Shown here one piece after another: positions 1 to 10,503 of a stretch of DNA of 47,860 bases; position 1 is the first letter of the stretch; each line of letters opens with the position of its first letter. Position numbers and translations under genes: made by a program. Origin of the DNA: an uncultured Enterobacterales bacterium. GTDB lineage: Bacteria > Myxococcota_A > UBA796. The stretch is from the NCBI GenBank assembly GCA_964554315.1, contig CAZKOI010000001.1, positions 1 to 47,860 on the forward strand. The letters run 5' to 3'. The notes under the pieces are model-generated. The model worked only from the letters and a program-made list of their open reading frames with translations. It did no database searches and was not told the origin of the DNA.

Positions 1-432
1 CAGCACATTGGCTTTGTCTTCCAGTTCCACCACCTCCTCCCCGATCAGGACGCCGTGCACAACGTGATGATTCCGGCACTGATCAGCGGAATGCGCCAAC
101 CCGAAGCGCGCGACCGGGCTGCGGCGCTCCTCGAGCGTGTTGGGCTCGCGGACCGACTAGACCACCGGCCGGGGGAGCTCTCCGGTGGGGAGCAGCAGCG
201 TGTGGCTCTGGCTCGTGCGTTGGTGCAGAGTCCGCGGTTGCTCTTGGCGGATGAGCCGACGGGAAACCTCGATCCCGACACGGCTGCGGAGATGCTTGAT
301 CTCATGCTGAGCCTGAATGAGTCCGAGGATACGACGCTCATGGTGGTGACCCACTCTCTGGCTCTGGCGGCGCGATTTCCACGTCAGCTCTCGCTCGAGG
401 GTGGACGGTTTGTGGAGCAGCCATGCGCCTGA
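1..432 (+). CDS. lolD: ABC transporter ATP-binding protein, LolD-like (5' end lies outside window)
   Basis: Frame 1 is open from nt 1 ([14 protein letters not shown]...). It has the ABC signature [15 protein letters not shown] and Walker [13 protein letters not shown], and lies directly upstream of and overlapping bamA. Confidence 0.75.
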   Translation, partial: QHIGFVFQFHHLLPDQDAVHNVMIPALISGMRQPEARDRAAALLERVGLADRLDHRPGELSGGEQQRVALARALVQSPRLLLADEPTGNLDPDTAAEMLDLMLSLNESEDTTLMVVTHSLALAARFPRQLSLEGGRFVEQPCA

Positions 433-3008
433 TGTGGATGCTCGTCGCCTTCTTTGCCACAGCACCGACGGCGTCGGCCCAGTGGGCATCCGAGGTCGCC
501 GTCGAGGAGGGCGTGCCGGAGACGGTGAAGGGCCATGTGGTCGACGTTCGCTTTACGGGGCTCAGCCGCGTCGAGGAGGCTGCGCTTCTGGCCTCGGTGG
601 GGATGAGGGCCGGCGAGCTGGTCAGCATGGCCAAGATTCAGCGGGATCTGATCGCCATCTACGAGACCGGCTTCATCGAAGATGTTCGAGTCGACATCTC
701 CCCAGCGGAAGGCGAGACGATTCTGGGCAATCCACCGGTTCGAGTCACCTTCGAGGTGCAAGAGAAGCCGGCGATTCGAGACACGCTGATCAGCGGAAAC
801 AAGAAGATCGACGAGGAGGGACTGCGCGAGGTCATCTTCATCGATCCCTTCGCGGTGCTCAACCAAGCGGACATCAACGACAGCATCGAGGCGATGCGCA
901 ACCTCTACCTCGAGAAGGGCTTCTACCTGGTCGAGATCGAGCCCATCATCCACGAGGTGGATGAGGATGTCGTCGAGGTCGAGTTCAAGATCAAAGAGAA
1001 CAAGAAGGTTCGAGTCCAGCGAATCGACATCGTCGGCAATGAGCAGGTCCCCGACCGCAAGCTCAAGAAGTTCATGCAGACCAAGGAGGCCGGCATCATG
1101 CCGTGGCTGTCCTCGAGGGGCGTGTTCAATGAGGCCATGCTGCAGGCGGACACGGCCATCATGCAGCAGGTGTTTCTGGAGCACGGCTTCGTCGATGTGA
1201 AGATTGAGCCTGCGACGACCTACCTGTCGAAGGACAAGCGATTTGTCTATGCGACGATCCACGTCACGGAGGGGCAAGAGTACAAGCTCGGCAAGATCAC
1301 GATTGAGGGAGATTTTGACGACGCCAAGGGCCTGACCGAGGAAGCGGTCACCCGCATCATCGAGGGAACATCCGCCGCCGACATCCGGCTACGCTACGAG
1401 CGAGCGAAGCGGAAGGCGGCGCGTGGCAGCGAAGAGGAGAGCCCCCCACCCGCGCCCGGCTGGGATCGGCGCCGAACAGACCCCTTCAACCTCGACGCGA
1501 ACAAGCCCGTGCGAACGGGGGATGTCTACACCCTGAGCACGCTCCAAATGGTCCGCCAGGAGATTCAGGACCTCTATGGCGAGGAGGGCTATGCGTTCGC
1601 GAATGTGAACCCCATCCCCACCACGCATCCTGAGGACGGCGTGGTTGACCTCAACTTCGCCATCTCGAAGGGCGAGCGCATGTGGATTGGGCAGATCGAC
1701 ATCACGGGGAATGATCCCACCTTTGACAAGGTCATTCGCCGAGAGATTCCCATCAATGAAGGGGATTTATTCTCGACATCGAAGGTCCGCGAGGCTCAGA
1801 TGCGGCTGCAGAGGACGGGCTTCTTTGAGACCGTGGCGGTGGAGACGCCACCCGCCAAGGAGGAACAGACGCTCGACATGAAGGTCGATGTGCTCAGCCA
1901 GCCAACGGGCAGCTTCTCAATTGGTGCCGGATTCTCGAGCATCGAGAACTTCATGTTCACGGCCCAAGTTCAGAAGAACAACTTCCTGGGGCTGGGCTAC
2001 ATCATGGCGGCATCCGCCAACATCAGCGGGCTTCGTCAGCAGGCCAACTTCAACATCTTCGACCCCTACTTTTTGGACTCGCGATGGACGCTCAGGCTCG
2101 GCGCCTACCTCACCCAAGAGCAGTTTATTGAGAATCAAATCAGTCGTGGAGGCAGCCTCGGAATCGGGCGGTATCTCGACGCTCGGGATGACCAAAAGCT
2201 TGAGGTGGTCTACTCGGTCAACGAGTCCGACCTTGTTGGTCTGGCGCCCTACAAGGCTCGGATGTACGGCGGCGAGCTCTATGAGCAGGGCGTGAGCAGC
2301 TCGGGTGGCCTTGTCTACAGCCTAGACAAGCGAAACAACCGCATCAATGCCACCAAGGGCTTCATGGGTTCGCTCAGCGGGACGCTCACGGGTGGCTGGA
2401 GAGCAAACGACGAGGAAGTCGTCAGTCTCTTTGGTGGTGACTTCAACTACTACGAGCTCAAGGCCAACCTTCGAACCTACTACCCACTGGTCAAGTCTGA
2501 GGCTCTGGTCTTCAAGTACAACGTCACGCTCGGTCACATGGGCAGCACGGACGGCACCATCATTCCATGGAGCCAGCGCTACAAGGTGGGCGGCATCACC
2601 TCCATCCGTGGCTACGACTGGTACTCCCTTGGGCCCAGCATTCGAGCCAGCGGCTATCGGGCAGGAACTCATGTTCTTGCGTGGCAAGGCTCGGACGATC
2701 CCAGCGCGGCCGATGATAGGTTGGTGATTGGCGGTACGCGCTCCTGGGTCAACAACTTCGAGGTCGAGGCGCCCATTGTTCGACAAGCGGGCATCTCGGC
2801 TGTTGTGTTCTTCGATACCGGAAACGCCTATGGCGATGTCTGGGGTCGAGGACCCTTCGATGCCAGCGATCTTCGAGCTGCCTATGGGTTCGGAATTCGC
2901 TGGTTCTCCCCGATGGGGCCCCTCCGCTTTGAGTGGGGCTTCCCGATCAATCCGCGCGCCGACGAGCGCACGGTCGTCTTTGATTTTTCCATGGGCTCAA
3001 TGTTCTAG
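423..3008 (+). CDS. bamA: Outer membrane protein assembly factor BamA (Omp85 family)
   Basis: 861 aa with a signal peptide ([17 protein letters not shown]), repeated POTRA-like modules and a C-terminal surface-antigen barrel ending in an aromatic residue (...FSMGSMF). It sits in the conserved bamA-skp-lpxD-fabZ context. Confidence 0.92.
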   Translation: MRLMWMLVAFFATAPTASAQWASEVAVEEGVPETVKGHVVDVRFTGLSRVEEAALLASVGMRAGELVSMAKIQRDLIAIYETGFIEDVRVDISPAEGETILGNPPVRVTFEVQEKPAIRDTLISGNKKIDEEGLREVIFIDPFAVLNQADINDSIEAMRNLYLEKGFYLVEIEPIIHEVDEDVVEVEFKIKENKKVRVQRIDIVGNEQVPDRKLKKFMQTKEAGIMPWLSSRGVFNEAMLQADTAIMQQVFLEHGFVDVKIEPATTYLSKDKRFVYATIHVTEGQEYKLGKITIEGDFDDAKGLTEEAVTRIIEGTSAADIRLRYERAKRKAARGSEEESPPPAPGWDRRRTDPFNLDANKPVRTGDVYTLSTLQMVRQEIQDLYGEEGYAFANVNPIPTTHPEDGVVDLNFAISKGERMWIGQIDITGNDPTFDKVIRREIPINEGDLFSTSKVREAQMRLQRTGFFETVAVETPPAKEEQTLDMKVDVLSQPTGSFSIGAGFSSIENFMFTAQVQKNNFLGLGYIMAASANISGLRQQANFNIFDPYFLDSRWTLRLGAYLTQEQFIENQISRGGSLGIGRYLDARDDQKLEVVYSVNESDLVGLAPYKARMYGGELYEQGVSSSGGLVYSLDKRNNRINATKGFMGSLSGTLTGGWRANDEEVVSLFGGDFNYYELKANLRTYYPLVKSEALVFKYNVTLGHMGSTDGTIIPWSQRYKVGGITSIRGYDWYSLGPSIRASGYRAGTHVLAWQGSDDPSAADDRLVIGGTRSWVNNFEVEAPIVRQAGISAVVFFDTGNAYGDVWGRGPFDASDLRAAYGFGIRWFSPMGPLRFEWGFPINPRADERTVVFDFSMGSMF

Positions 3009-3038
3009 GGCGCAGCCTAAACCCTCCCGGAGGCCAAC

Positions 3039-3533
3039 ATGATGTTTCGAACACTCTTACTCAGTACACTCCTGAGCGCACAGAGCGCATTTGCCGGCGG
3101 AATCGCCGTCGTGGACTTCAACAAGGCCGGTTCACTGGTCCGCGAAGGCGCAAAGATTCAGGCTGACCTTGAGCAGCTTGCCTCCGACCGCAAGCAGCGC
3201 ATCACGGAGATGCAGGCCGAGTTCCAGGCCAAGGGTGAGGCCTACCAGAAGCAGCAAATGATCCTTAGTGAGGAGACTCGCGCACAGAAGGAGCAAGAGT
3301 TGATGCAGATGCAACAAGAGCTCCAGCAGGCCATGATGTCGGCCGAGCAGGAGCTGCAGTCTGCCCAGGCGCGGAAGGCCAACGCCCTCTTTGAGCGGAT
3401 GCGCTCGGTCGTCGAGACGATCGGCAAAGAGAAGGGCTATGACATCGTGATTGAGGCCAGCGCCGTCATGTACCACGGCGACGTGGACGACATTACGGCC
3501 GAGCTCGTCACCCGCTTCGACTCGGGCAAGTAG
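3039..3533 (+). CDS. skp: Periplasmic chaperone Skp/OmpH
   Basis: 164 aa with a signal peptide ending SAFAGG and a Q/E/K-rich coiled-coil body. It lies between bamA and lpxD. Confidence 0.85.
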   Translation: MMFRTLLLSTLLSAQSAFAGGIAVVDFNKAGSLVREGAKIQADLEQLASDRKQRITEMQAEFQAKGEAYQKQQMILSEETRAQKEQELMQMQQELQQAMMSAEQELQSAQARKANALFERMRSVVETIGKEKGYDIVIEASAVMYHGDVDDITAELVTRFDSGK

Positions 3534-3536
3534 TCC

Positions 3537-4568
3537 GTGGGCGGCCCGCTCACACTGAGCGAGGTCGCTGCCATGGTCGGTGGTCGTGTCGCGGGCGACG
3601 GAGCCGCCGTGGTGGTGGGCGTGCGGGCGCTGAACACGGCGGGCCCGCAGCACCTCAGCTTCTTGGCCAACCGACGCTACACACCAACCGCTCGCGGAAC
3701 CGCGGCCGGTGCCGTTCTAGTCGGTCCTGACGTCGATCTGGGCGACACTGCGACGGTGGTGGTGGAGGACCCCTACCGGGCATTCGCGCAGGTCATGCAG
3801 CACTTCCATCCTGCCGAGGTTCCGGAGCCGAGGATCGATCCGCTCGCGCAGGTGGCCTCGGACGCGGTGGTCTCGGGTGCCCGCGTCGATGCCTTTGCGT
3901 GGGTCGGCTCGGGAGCCCAGGTTGGGCCCGGTACATGGCTTCAGTCTGGCGCGTACGTCGGCGCGGGGGCGGTGGTCGGTCGGGGGTGTAGGCTGATGCC
4001 CAATGCCGTGGTCATGGATGGGTGCGAGATCGGTGAGCGAGTATGGCTCAATCCCGGTGCCGTCGTGGGCTCGGACGGCTTTGGTTTTGCGCCGGGGCCG
4101 ACCGGTCATCTCAAGATTCCCCAGGTTGGTCAGGTCACGCTTGGGGATGACGTTGAGGTGGGCGCGAACAGCTGCATCGACCGGGCTGCGCTCGACCACA
4201 CGCGTGTGGGGTCGGGCTCGAAGTTGGACAATCTGGTCCAGGTTGGCCACGGGGCAGAGCTGGGTGCGGACTGCCTGATGGTGGCCTACTCAGGCGTCGC
4301 AGGCTCCGCCTCTCTGGGGAGAGGTGTGGTGCTTGCGGCCAAGGCGGCGGTGTTGGGTCACTTGAGCGTTGGGGATGGGACTCGTGTGGGCGTAGCCAGC
4401 GTCGTCACCGCTTCGGTCGAGGCGAACCGTGCGGTCTCGGGTGTCCCTGCCATCGAGCACCGCCGATGGAGGCGTGCGGTCACCGCCTTTAGCGAGCTCG
4501 ACCAGCTCACGAAGCAAGTCCGCCGCCTTGAGAAGAGGCTGAAGGATCTAGAGGAGAGACAACCATGA
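3537..4568 (+). CDS. lpxD: UDP-3-O-(3-hydroxyacyl)glucosamine N-acyltransferase
   Basis: N-terminus TLSEVAAMVGGRVAGDG is typical of LpxD. It has a long left-handed beta-helix hexapeptide region and overlaps fabZ by 4 nt. Confidence 0.9.
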   Translation: MGGPLTLSEVAAMVGGRVAGDGAAVVVGVRALNTAGPQHLSFLANRRYTPTARGTAAGAVLVGPDVDLGDTATVVVEDPYRAFAQVMQHFHPAEVPEPRIDPLAQVASDAVVSGARVDAFAWVGSGAQVGPGTWLQSGAYVGAGAVVGRGCRLMPNAVVMDGCEIGERVWLNPGAVVGSDGFGFAPGPTGHLKIPQVGQVTLGDDVEVGANSCIDRAALDHTRVGSGSKLDNLVQVGHGAELGADCLMVAYSGVAGSASLGRGVVLAAKAAVLGHLSVGDGTRVGVASVVTASVEANRAVSGVPAIEHRRWRRAVTAFSELDQLTKQVRRLEKRLKDLEERQP

Positions 4569-4999
4569 ACATCGACGCCGTCATGGCGCTGCTGCCCCAT
4601 CGCTATCCCTTCCTGATGATCGACCGCGTGGAGTCCGTTGACCCGGGTGAGCGCGCGGTGGCGACAAAGTGCGTCACCATCAATGAGCCGCACTTTCAGG
4701 GTCACTTTCCTCAGGCACCGATCATGCCGGGAGTGCTCATCGTGGAGGCGTTTGCGCAAACTGCAGGGATCGTCGCGCTGACGGCCCACGAAGACCTTGC
4801 GAGAAAGACGGTCTTACTTCTTGGGATCGACAAGGTCCGATTTCGACGGCCGGTACGTCCCGGTGACCGCCTCGAGATCACCGCGGAAAAGCAGGGCGTG
4901 TCGAGGGGAATCTGGACGTTTCGAGTGGTGGCCCGTGTCGACGGAGCGAAGGTTGCAGACGGCAGCCTGATGGCGACGGTCGCTGACGAATCGGTTTGA
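4565..4999 (+). CDS. fabZ: 3-hydroxyacyl-ACP dehydratase FabZ
   Basis: Hot-dog fold motifs LPHRYPFLMIDRV, EPHFQGHFP and PIMPGVLIVEA; 144 aa. Confidence 0.93.
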   Translation: MNIDAVMALLPHRYPFLMIDRVESVDPGERAVATKCVTINEPHFQGHFPQAPIMPGVLIVEAFAQTAGIVALTAHEDLARKTVLLLGIDKVRFRRPVRPGDRLEITAEKQGVSRGIWTFRVVARVDGAKVADGSLMATVADESV

Positions 5000-5067
5000 G
5001 CTAGCGAAGCGCTGGATTGATGGGACATAATCACAGTAGGATGGGGCGTTAGAGGACCCGCGAAGCT

Positions 5068-6507
5068 GTGACGACACGAGAGTCAAAAGATCCCGCCGCC
5101 CCGGCTGTGGGGGAGCGTTCAGGGGGGGCGACCAACATTCTCGCGCCCGGAACACTGATCGGCGGAAAATTTCGCATTGAGCAGCGCATCGCACGCGGCG
5201 GTCAGGCCTCCGTGTATCTGGCTCGACAAGAGCCGCTCAACCGTCCCGTTGCACTCAAGCTGCTGTCCCCGCCCTCCTTCGAGGCAACGACGGCTGAACG
5301 CGACGAGTTTGAGCAGCGCTTTCTGCTTGAGGCGCGAACCCTCGCCGGGCTCGATCATCCGAACATCGTGACGGTCTATGACTACGGCGAGACGCATGAC
5401 GGGCGGTATTACCTCGCGATGGAGTTCATCAGCGGGGGGCGCTTTCTGGATCTGATAAGGCGTAGTCACATGGAGCCCTCACGGGCCGTCAATCTGTGCA
5501 TTCAGGTCGCCCAAGCGCTTCGCTATGCTCACAAGCGAGGCGTGGTTCATCGCGACGTAAAGAACTCCAATGTCTTGGTTCGCCAGCTGGACAACGGAGA
5601 GGAGCAGGCCAAGGTGGTGGACTTTGGGTTGGTCAAGCTCTCTAAGGTGGACTCTGGTCTCACGCAGACCGGCATGATCCTGGGGTCACCCCACTTCATG
5701 GCACCGGAGCAAGCCACCGGTCAAGGCGTGGACCACCGGGCAGACATCTATGCAACGGGTGTCTTGCTCTACTGCGGCCTGACCGGCAGGTATCCCTTCG
5801 ACGGACCCCATGCGACGGCCATCATCACGGCCCATGTCACTCGCGATGTCCCGACCTTTGCGAGTGTTGCACCGAAGGTGCGAATTCCCGATGGCCTAGA
5901 GCTGGTCGTGCGGCGGTGTCTCGAGAAGAAACCCAGCCGCCGATACCCGAGCATGGACGCGCTCATCGCGGATCTCTTGCCCTACCATACGGGAAGCCCT
6001 GTGGAGGCCGCCTCGGGTGAGTTTCATACCCTCACCGGGGTGAAGGCCGTTCGGCCGAGGCGAGATTGGGCCTCTGTTTGGGCCGGCATCGTCGTCGGTG
6101 GAGTCATCGCGGTCTTGGTGGCGATGGTCGTGGTGACTGCGGTGCTGGGATACAGGATGCGCGATCAAGCGCAGGCGGACGAGCGTCTTCCTCAGGAAGC
6201 GAGCGCTTCAACGCAGGCGGTCGACGTGAGGGATGAGCCCCCGCCAGCGACACCTCAGCCGGCGACAGAGCCGACCGAGGAACCCGTGGAAGCCGCTGCC
6301 CCGGCTCCGTCGCCGCCGGCAGAAGCCAGGCCGGCTCGCTCCAAACCTCGTCGGGCGAGCCCTGCCAAGGCTCGCTCCGAGCGCAAGAGGGCCGCGGCCT
6401 CGACCAAGCCTGCACCCGCTCCAACCCCCGCCCCGCCTCCTAAGTCGGGCGGCGATGATTGGTCCGACGTTGACCTCGAGCGCTTGGAGAACCCCTGGGA
6501 CGAGTGA
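5068..6507 (+). CDS. Membrane-anchored Ser/Thr protein kinase with Pro/Ala-rich C-terminal tail
   Basis: Hanks kinase motifs are present: G-loop IARGGQASVY, VALK, HRDVKNSN, DFG and APE. One TM helix (GIVVGGVIAVLVAMVVVTAVLG) is followed by ~110 aa of P/A/K-rich low complexity. Confidence 0.9.
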   Translation: MTTRESKDPAAPAVGERSGGATNILAPGTLIGGKFRIEQRIARGGQASVYLARQEPLNRPVALKLLSPPSFEATTAERDEFEQRFLLEARTLAGLDHPNIVTVYDYGETHDGRYYLAMEFISGGRFLDLIRRSHMEPSRAVNLCIQVAQALRYAHKRGVVHRDVKNSNVLVRQLDNGEEQAKVVDFGLVKLSKVDSGLTQTGMILGSPHFMAPEQATGQGVDHRADIYATGVLLYCGLTGRYPFDGPHATAIITAHVTRDVPTFASVAPKVRIPDGLELVVRRCLEKKPSRRYPSMDALIADLLPYHTGSPVEAASGEFHTLTGVKAVRPRRDWASVWAGIVVGGVIAVLVAMVVVTAVLGYRMRDQAQADERLPQEASASTQAVDVRDEPPPATPQPATEPTEEPVEAAAPAPSPPAEARPARSKPRRASPAKARSERKRAAASTKPAPAPTPAPPPKSGGDDWSDVDLERLENPWDE

Positions 6508-7313
6508 TCGCCGGCCTCCTGTTCTGTCTCGCGGTGGCTGGGCCTGTTCACGCTCAGCAGTCCTCCAGTCGAGATTCGCGCGCGAAGGAGCTGTTCGTCA
6601 CCGGGCAGAGCTTCTACCAGTCGGGCCGCTACCGCGATGCCTTGGTCGCATTCGAGACCGCCTTTCGGCTGAGCGGGCGGAGCAATATCCTTCGCTCGAT
6701 CGCCTATTGTCACGAAAACCTGGGCGAGATTCAGCAGGCGCTCGACGTCTTGTACCGGTATCGTGGCCTCGCAGCAGAAGACAAGATGGCCGAGATCGAG
6801 CGCCACATTCAGCGCCTAGAGGATCGTCTGCGGGAGGAGACCGTCGTAGTTGCTCCCGTCGAGGGTCGCTCAGAGGATCCTCAGCGGACGGAACGTCGCT
6901 CGAATGATGGGGTCTCGACCGCCCCCTCCTCCTCCGAGCAGACCAAGAAGCCAGCGGCTAGACCCCGCACAATAGAGCCGCAGAGAGCCTGGCAAGTCGG
7001 GCTTGGGCCGACGCTGGCCTATGGCGTCGGGGGTGTGGCGATCGCGACGGGCGGTGTGTTTGCCATCAAGGCTCAGCAGGCGCGAGTCTCCGCGGCGTCC
7101 CTCTGCAGTGACGGGGCTGGCTTCTGCCCCCGCTCGGCGGCCCCATACATCAATGATGACGGGACCTACTCCATGCTGGCCGATACGAGCTTCGCCGTCG
7201 GTGGACTGGCCCTCGTCGGTGCGACCGTTTGGATGGTGGTCAACAACCGCGCTGCCGCTGGGGTGCGCGTGCTTCCGACGGGCAATGGCCTTGGACTGGT
7301 AGGGAGCTTCTGA
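6504..7313 (+). CDS. Exported TPR-like repeat protein with C-terminal hydrophobic segments
   Basis: Signal peptide MIAGLLFCLAVAGPVHAQQ and a TPR-like stretch (GQSFYQSGRYRDALVAFETAFRLS...). There are two hydrophobic helices near the C-terminus. The start overlaps the kinase stop. Confidence 0.65.
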   Translation: MIAGLLFCLAVAGPVHAQQSSSRDSRAKELFVTGQSFYQSGRYRDALVAFETAFRLSGRSNILRSIAYCHENLGEIQQALDVLYRYRGLAAEDKMAEIERHIQRLEDRLREETVVVAPVEGRSEDPQRTERRSNDGVSTAPSSSEQTKKPAARPRTIEPQRAWQVGLGPTLAYGVGGVAIATGGVFAIKAQQARVSAASLCSDGAGFCPRSAAPYINDDGTYSMLADTSFAVGGLALVGATVWMVVNNRAAAGVRVLPTGNGLGLVGSF

Positions 7314-8815
7314 TGCGATCCTTGATGGTTGGTGTCTCGCTGGTCTTCACCAGCTGCTCGTTCACCAAGTTTGCGTTCACCAAGTGTGACCGCAACCAAG
7401 AGTGCCGTGACGCCTTTGGTTGGGGCTATGTCTGCGCCCAAGATCTCTGCCAAGAGGTGGCTCCAATCAAGCGGTGCGAGCGTACCTACCCGAGCGATCT
7501 CCTCAACAACGTGGAGGGGTATCGGGACCGCATTGTCATTGGGGTTCAGTTCGACCAGAGTCAGTTTGAGGTGGAGTCGCTGGCCGCGGAGTTCGCTCTC
7601 GAGGAAGCCATCAGTGCCAGCGGACTCGGCGACAAGAAGTTCGCTGCCGTGGTCTGTACCAACGAGGCCTCGTCGGCCTTCGATGGGCTCGACCAAGACC
7701 AGGCGAATGTTGCGGTGAGCGAGTACTTGGCAGACCAAGTGGGTGTGGCGGCCATCATCGGCCCGGCCTCGAGCGATCGCGTCGAGGAGGCCTTCTTGGC
7801 TGTTGAGCCGTTTGGCACGTTGGTGATCTCCCCGACGGCGACGAGCCCCGCGCTCACGCCGCTGGATGGCGCGGTGTCGACGTACTCCGAGCCGGGCCTG
7901 CTGTGGCGAACATCCCCACCCGATGACATCCAAGGGGCGGCGCTCGCCGAGCTGATGCGTGCCGAGGGAGTCCGCACCGTGGCCGTGATCGTCGAAGAGG
8001 GCAATTACGGCACAGCACTCGGTGTGATCGTCAAGAACACCTTTGAGGATGATGGAGGGGCGGCGACCCTGGTGCCGTTCGACAGCGGCAGTACCGCATC
8101 GCTCCTTGAGAAGGTGGCGATGGTGGAGAACATGTCCGTGGGCGGCGTCGTCTTCATCTCTTCCGATCGAGGGGATACGGAGGCGTTTCTCCAGGTCGTC
8201 GCCTCGCGCTCGGCCGGGCAAGGACACGATTGCAGCTCGGAAGACGACTGCCCCTTCCGCGACGATGGCGCACAGATCTACCTTGCCGACGGCGGCAAGG
8301 ACCTGACGCTCTTCGAGAACGTGGACGGGATCGAGGGAATCCTAGAGCGTGTTCGGGGGACCGCCCCCACTCATCAGCAGGGCTATGTCTACGATGTCTT
8401 TGCAGAGAGCTTCGATGCCAAGCGCGGAGCGGGGTCGGCGGCCTCGACTCCGTTTACGCCGTATGCCTACGATGCCGGCTGGCTTGTTGTCCACGGGGCG
8501 GCATGGGCGCACTACAACGAAGCGACCATCAACGGGCTCGGCATCGCGCGAGGGCTGCGTCAGGTGAGCAACAAGCAAGCAGGGACGCTCGACGTCGAGG
8601 TGGGACGCATCGACTGGAATGCGGTGAAGTCGGAGTTTCAGTCGGCCCAACCGATCGACGTGGAGGGCGCCTCTGGAACGCTCGATTTTGACTCGGAGAC
8701 GGGGGAGACGTCCGGGGTGATTGAGGAATGGTGTGTTCGCGACTTGGGCACAGGACTCGGCTTCGGAACTGTCTTTATCAGTGAGGACCAAACGTCAGTC
8801 TGCGTACCGAACTAG
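7313..8815 (+). CDS. Lipoprotein, type-I periplasmic binding protein fold (LivK/branched-chain amino-acid-binding-like)
   Basis: Internal ATG at 7313 overlaps the upstream stop (TGATG). It has a lipobox-like MRSLMVGVSLVFTSC and LivK-like blocks (IVIGVQFD..., AAIIGPASSDRV, VISPTATSPALT). The longer ORF from 7229 would overlap the upstream gene. Confidence 0.65.
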   Translation: MRSLMVGVSLVFTSCSFTKFAFTKCDRNQECRDAFGWGYVCAQDLCQEVAPIKRCERTYPSDLLNNVEGYRDRIVIGVQFDQSQFEVESLAAEFALEEAISASGLGDKKFAAVVCTNEASSAFDGLDQDQANVAVSEYLADQVGVAAIIGPASSDRVEEAFLAVEPFGTLVISPTATSPALTPLDGAVSTYSEPGLLWRTSPPDDIQGAALAELMRAEGVRTVAVIVEEGNYGTALGVIVKNTFEDDGGAATLVPFDSGSTASLLEKVAMVENMSVGGVVFISSDRGDTEAFLQVVASRSAGQGHDCSSEDDCPFRDDGAQIYLADGGKDLTLFENVDGIEGILERVRGTAPTHQQGYVYDVFAESFDAKRGAGSAASTPFTPYAYDAGWLVVHGAAWAHYNEATINGLGIARGLRQVSNKQAGTLDVEVGRIDWNAVKSEFQSAQPIDVEGASGTLDFDSETGETSGVIEEWCVRDLGTGLGFGTVFISEDQTSVCVPN

Positions 8816-9663
8816 CGAACGAGTCCTTCGATGAGCGGGACCTCGAGGACCTTTTCGTGATGGATGGGCCCGTGACCAAAGAACCCCTCTTCGCCGAAGA
8901 GCTCGCCGTGATCCGCGGTGATGGTCAGCCAGGTGTTTGAGGGCAGGGCATCAAGGAGGTCTTTCACGGCCCCATCCACCCAGGAGACTGTGCGGACCTG
9001 CCGAGCCTGAAGTTCCCTGAGCCGGTCCAGGTCGAAGCCGGCCTCAGCCTCGGTCAGCATGCTCCCCCCGCCAGCTCGCTTGAAGACACCGTGTACACCG
9101 TGAATGACGGGCCACTCATTCTCGGGCTCATCCGGTGTGGCGTATGGATAGTGGGTCTCACCCGTGTTGAGGAGAACAAAGTTGGGCCGTTCCGTTGACC
9201 ACTTGATCAGCGGCAGCATGGCCCGGAGGTCGTTGTGCGCCGGAGCCAGCGACCAGGCGTCAAAGTCTACGTTGAGCGGGGTGTGGCTGTTCAGCACCGG
9301 AAGACTCACGACGGCCTGTGTGTGGTAGCCCAGCGTGTACCTCAAGAAGTGCGGCAGCCAGAGCCTCGGGACCATGTCGACAAAGCCAAGCTGCGGAACG
9401 CCCAGGCGGTGCGCGAGGCCGCCGAGCTCTTGCTTGTAGTAGGTCGATGCAAACACATGCCGAGGGTTCTTGTGGGGAAGCAACCCCATCAGCAGGTTGA
9501 AGTGTGCAGGAGAAGTCCAGCTTGCGTAGCTGTATCGGCGCTCGAGTGCCCCCAGACGTGCCATGGTCGGCGTCTGAGCCGCGGCGAAGCTGTCGAAGCG
9601 GCAGGAGTCTAAGACCAAGAGCACAAAGTTCCGCGCACCGGCCGGGGGATCAGGTCTAGTCAC
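8812..9663 (-). CDS. Alkaline-phosphatase-superfamily metalloenzyme (nucleotide pyrophosphatase/phosphodiesterase- or sulfatase-like), soluble
   Basis: N-terminal metal-ligand block FVLLVLDSCRFDSF, nucleophile-region-like WTSPAHFNLLMG and distal block ITADHGELFGEEGFFGHG. Confidence 0.6.
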   Translation of the reverse strand: MTRPDPPAGARNFVLLVLDSCRFDSFAAAQTPTMARLGALERRYSYASWTSPAHFNLLMGLLPHKNPRHVFASTYYKQELGGLAHRLGVPQLGFVDMVPRLWLPHFLRYTLGYHTQAVVSLPVLNSHTPLNVDFDAWSLAPAHNDLRAMLPLIKWSTERPNFVLLNTGETHYPYATPDEPENEWPVIHGVHGVFKRAGGGSMLTEAEAGFDLDRLRELQARQVRTVSWVDGAVKDLLDALPSNTWLTITADHGELFGEEGFFGHGPIHHEKVLEVPLIEGLVR

Positions 9664-9727
9664 GGGGGTGGGCTAACCCAATTTGAGTTCTGCCTCGACT
9701 CACGCGCTCGTCAGCCAGGTCCCGCTC

Positions 9728-10492
9728 TCAGCCCATCCAGGCGCCGCCATTGATATCGATGCCTTGTCCCGTCACCCCGGTCGCGTCAGGGGACATCAGC
9801 CAATTGACGACACCCGCGACGTGCTCGGGTTGACTCATGCGACCGGCCGGGACGGCCTTCATGGCGATGGCATGGGCCTCCTCACGTGTGACACCGATGG
9901 CGTTTGCCATGCCGTCGATCCCATCCCAAGCCATCTCCGTCTCGACCCAGCCCGGACAGATCGCGTTGACCTGGACGCCGTCCGATGCCAGCTCAAGCGC
10001 GAGGGCTCGGATGAGGCCCAGGATGGCCGTCTTGGATGCACAGTACCCGGTGTAGCCAGGCACACCAAAGCGCCCGAGAATGGACGCGATGGCGATGAGG
10101 TGACGAGCATCCGGTCCCGGCGCCAGGTGGCGCTGTGCGGCTCGGAGGCAGTAGTATGTGCCCATGAGGTTGGTCTGGACCAAGTCGTCAAAGCGGTCAT
10201 CGGGACCGTCGACGTTAGGCCCGCCGACGCCGCTGTTGGCGACAAACCCCGTGATTGGGCCGAGCGCGTGGACCAGAGCCTCAAAGGCCCGGTTCACGGC
10301 GTCTCGGTCACGAATATCGCACGCGGAAACGACGACCTTCGGAGCGCCCGCCTGTCGAGCGGCGTCCGCGACGACGTGTAGACGGTCTTCTCCACGAGCC
10401 AGGAGGGCCAGCTGATGGCCTGATGATGCTAGCCGAAGCGCGATGGCGCGGCCTATTCCGGTGCCTGCGCCGGTGATGACGGTGGTTTTCAT
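9728..10492 (-). CDS. Short-chain dehydrogenase/reductase (FabG-like)
   Basis: Rossmann motif TGAGTGIGRA, NSGVGG, and catalytic YxxxK (YCASK). Confidence 0.85.
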   Translation of the reverse strand: MKTTVITGAGTGIGRAIALRLASSGHQLALLARGEDRLHVVADAARQAGAPKVVVSACDIRDRDAVNRAFEALVHALGPITGFVANSGVGGPNVDGPDDRFDDLVQTNLMGTYYCLRAAQRHLAPGPDARHLIAIASILGRFGVPGYTGYCASKTAILGLIRALALELASDGVQVNAICPGWVETEMAWDGIDGMANAIGVTREEAHAIAMKAVPAGRMSQPEHVAGVVNWLMSPDATGVTGQGIDINGGAWMG

Positions 10493-10503
10493 GCGGTCTC
10501 TCC

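Noticed and set aside
384-1277. 297-aa antisense ORF inside bamA, and similar long antisense or alternate-frame ORFs (for example 7166-8227, 3132-3653, 28141-28920, 33962-34573, 42402-43190)
   Set aside because: They are stop-poor shadow frames expected in high-GC DNA. Their products are Arg/Leu/Asp/His-rich low-complexity sequences, and each is fully overlapped by a gene with clear family motifs.
5068-6507. Possibility that the kinase is a pseudokinase
   Set aside because: The catalytic Lys (VALK), HRD, DFG and APE motifs are all intact.
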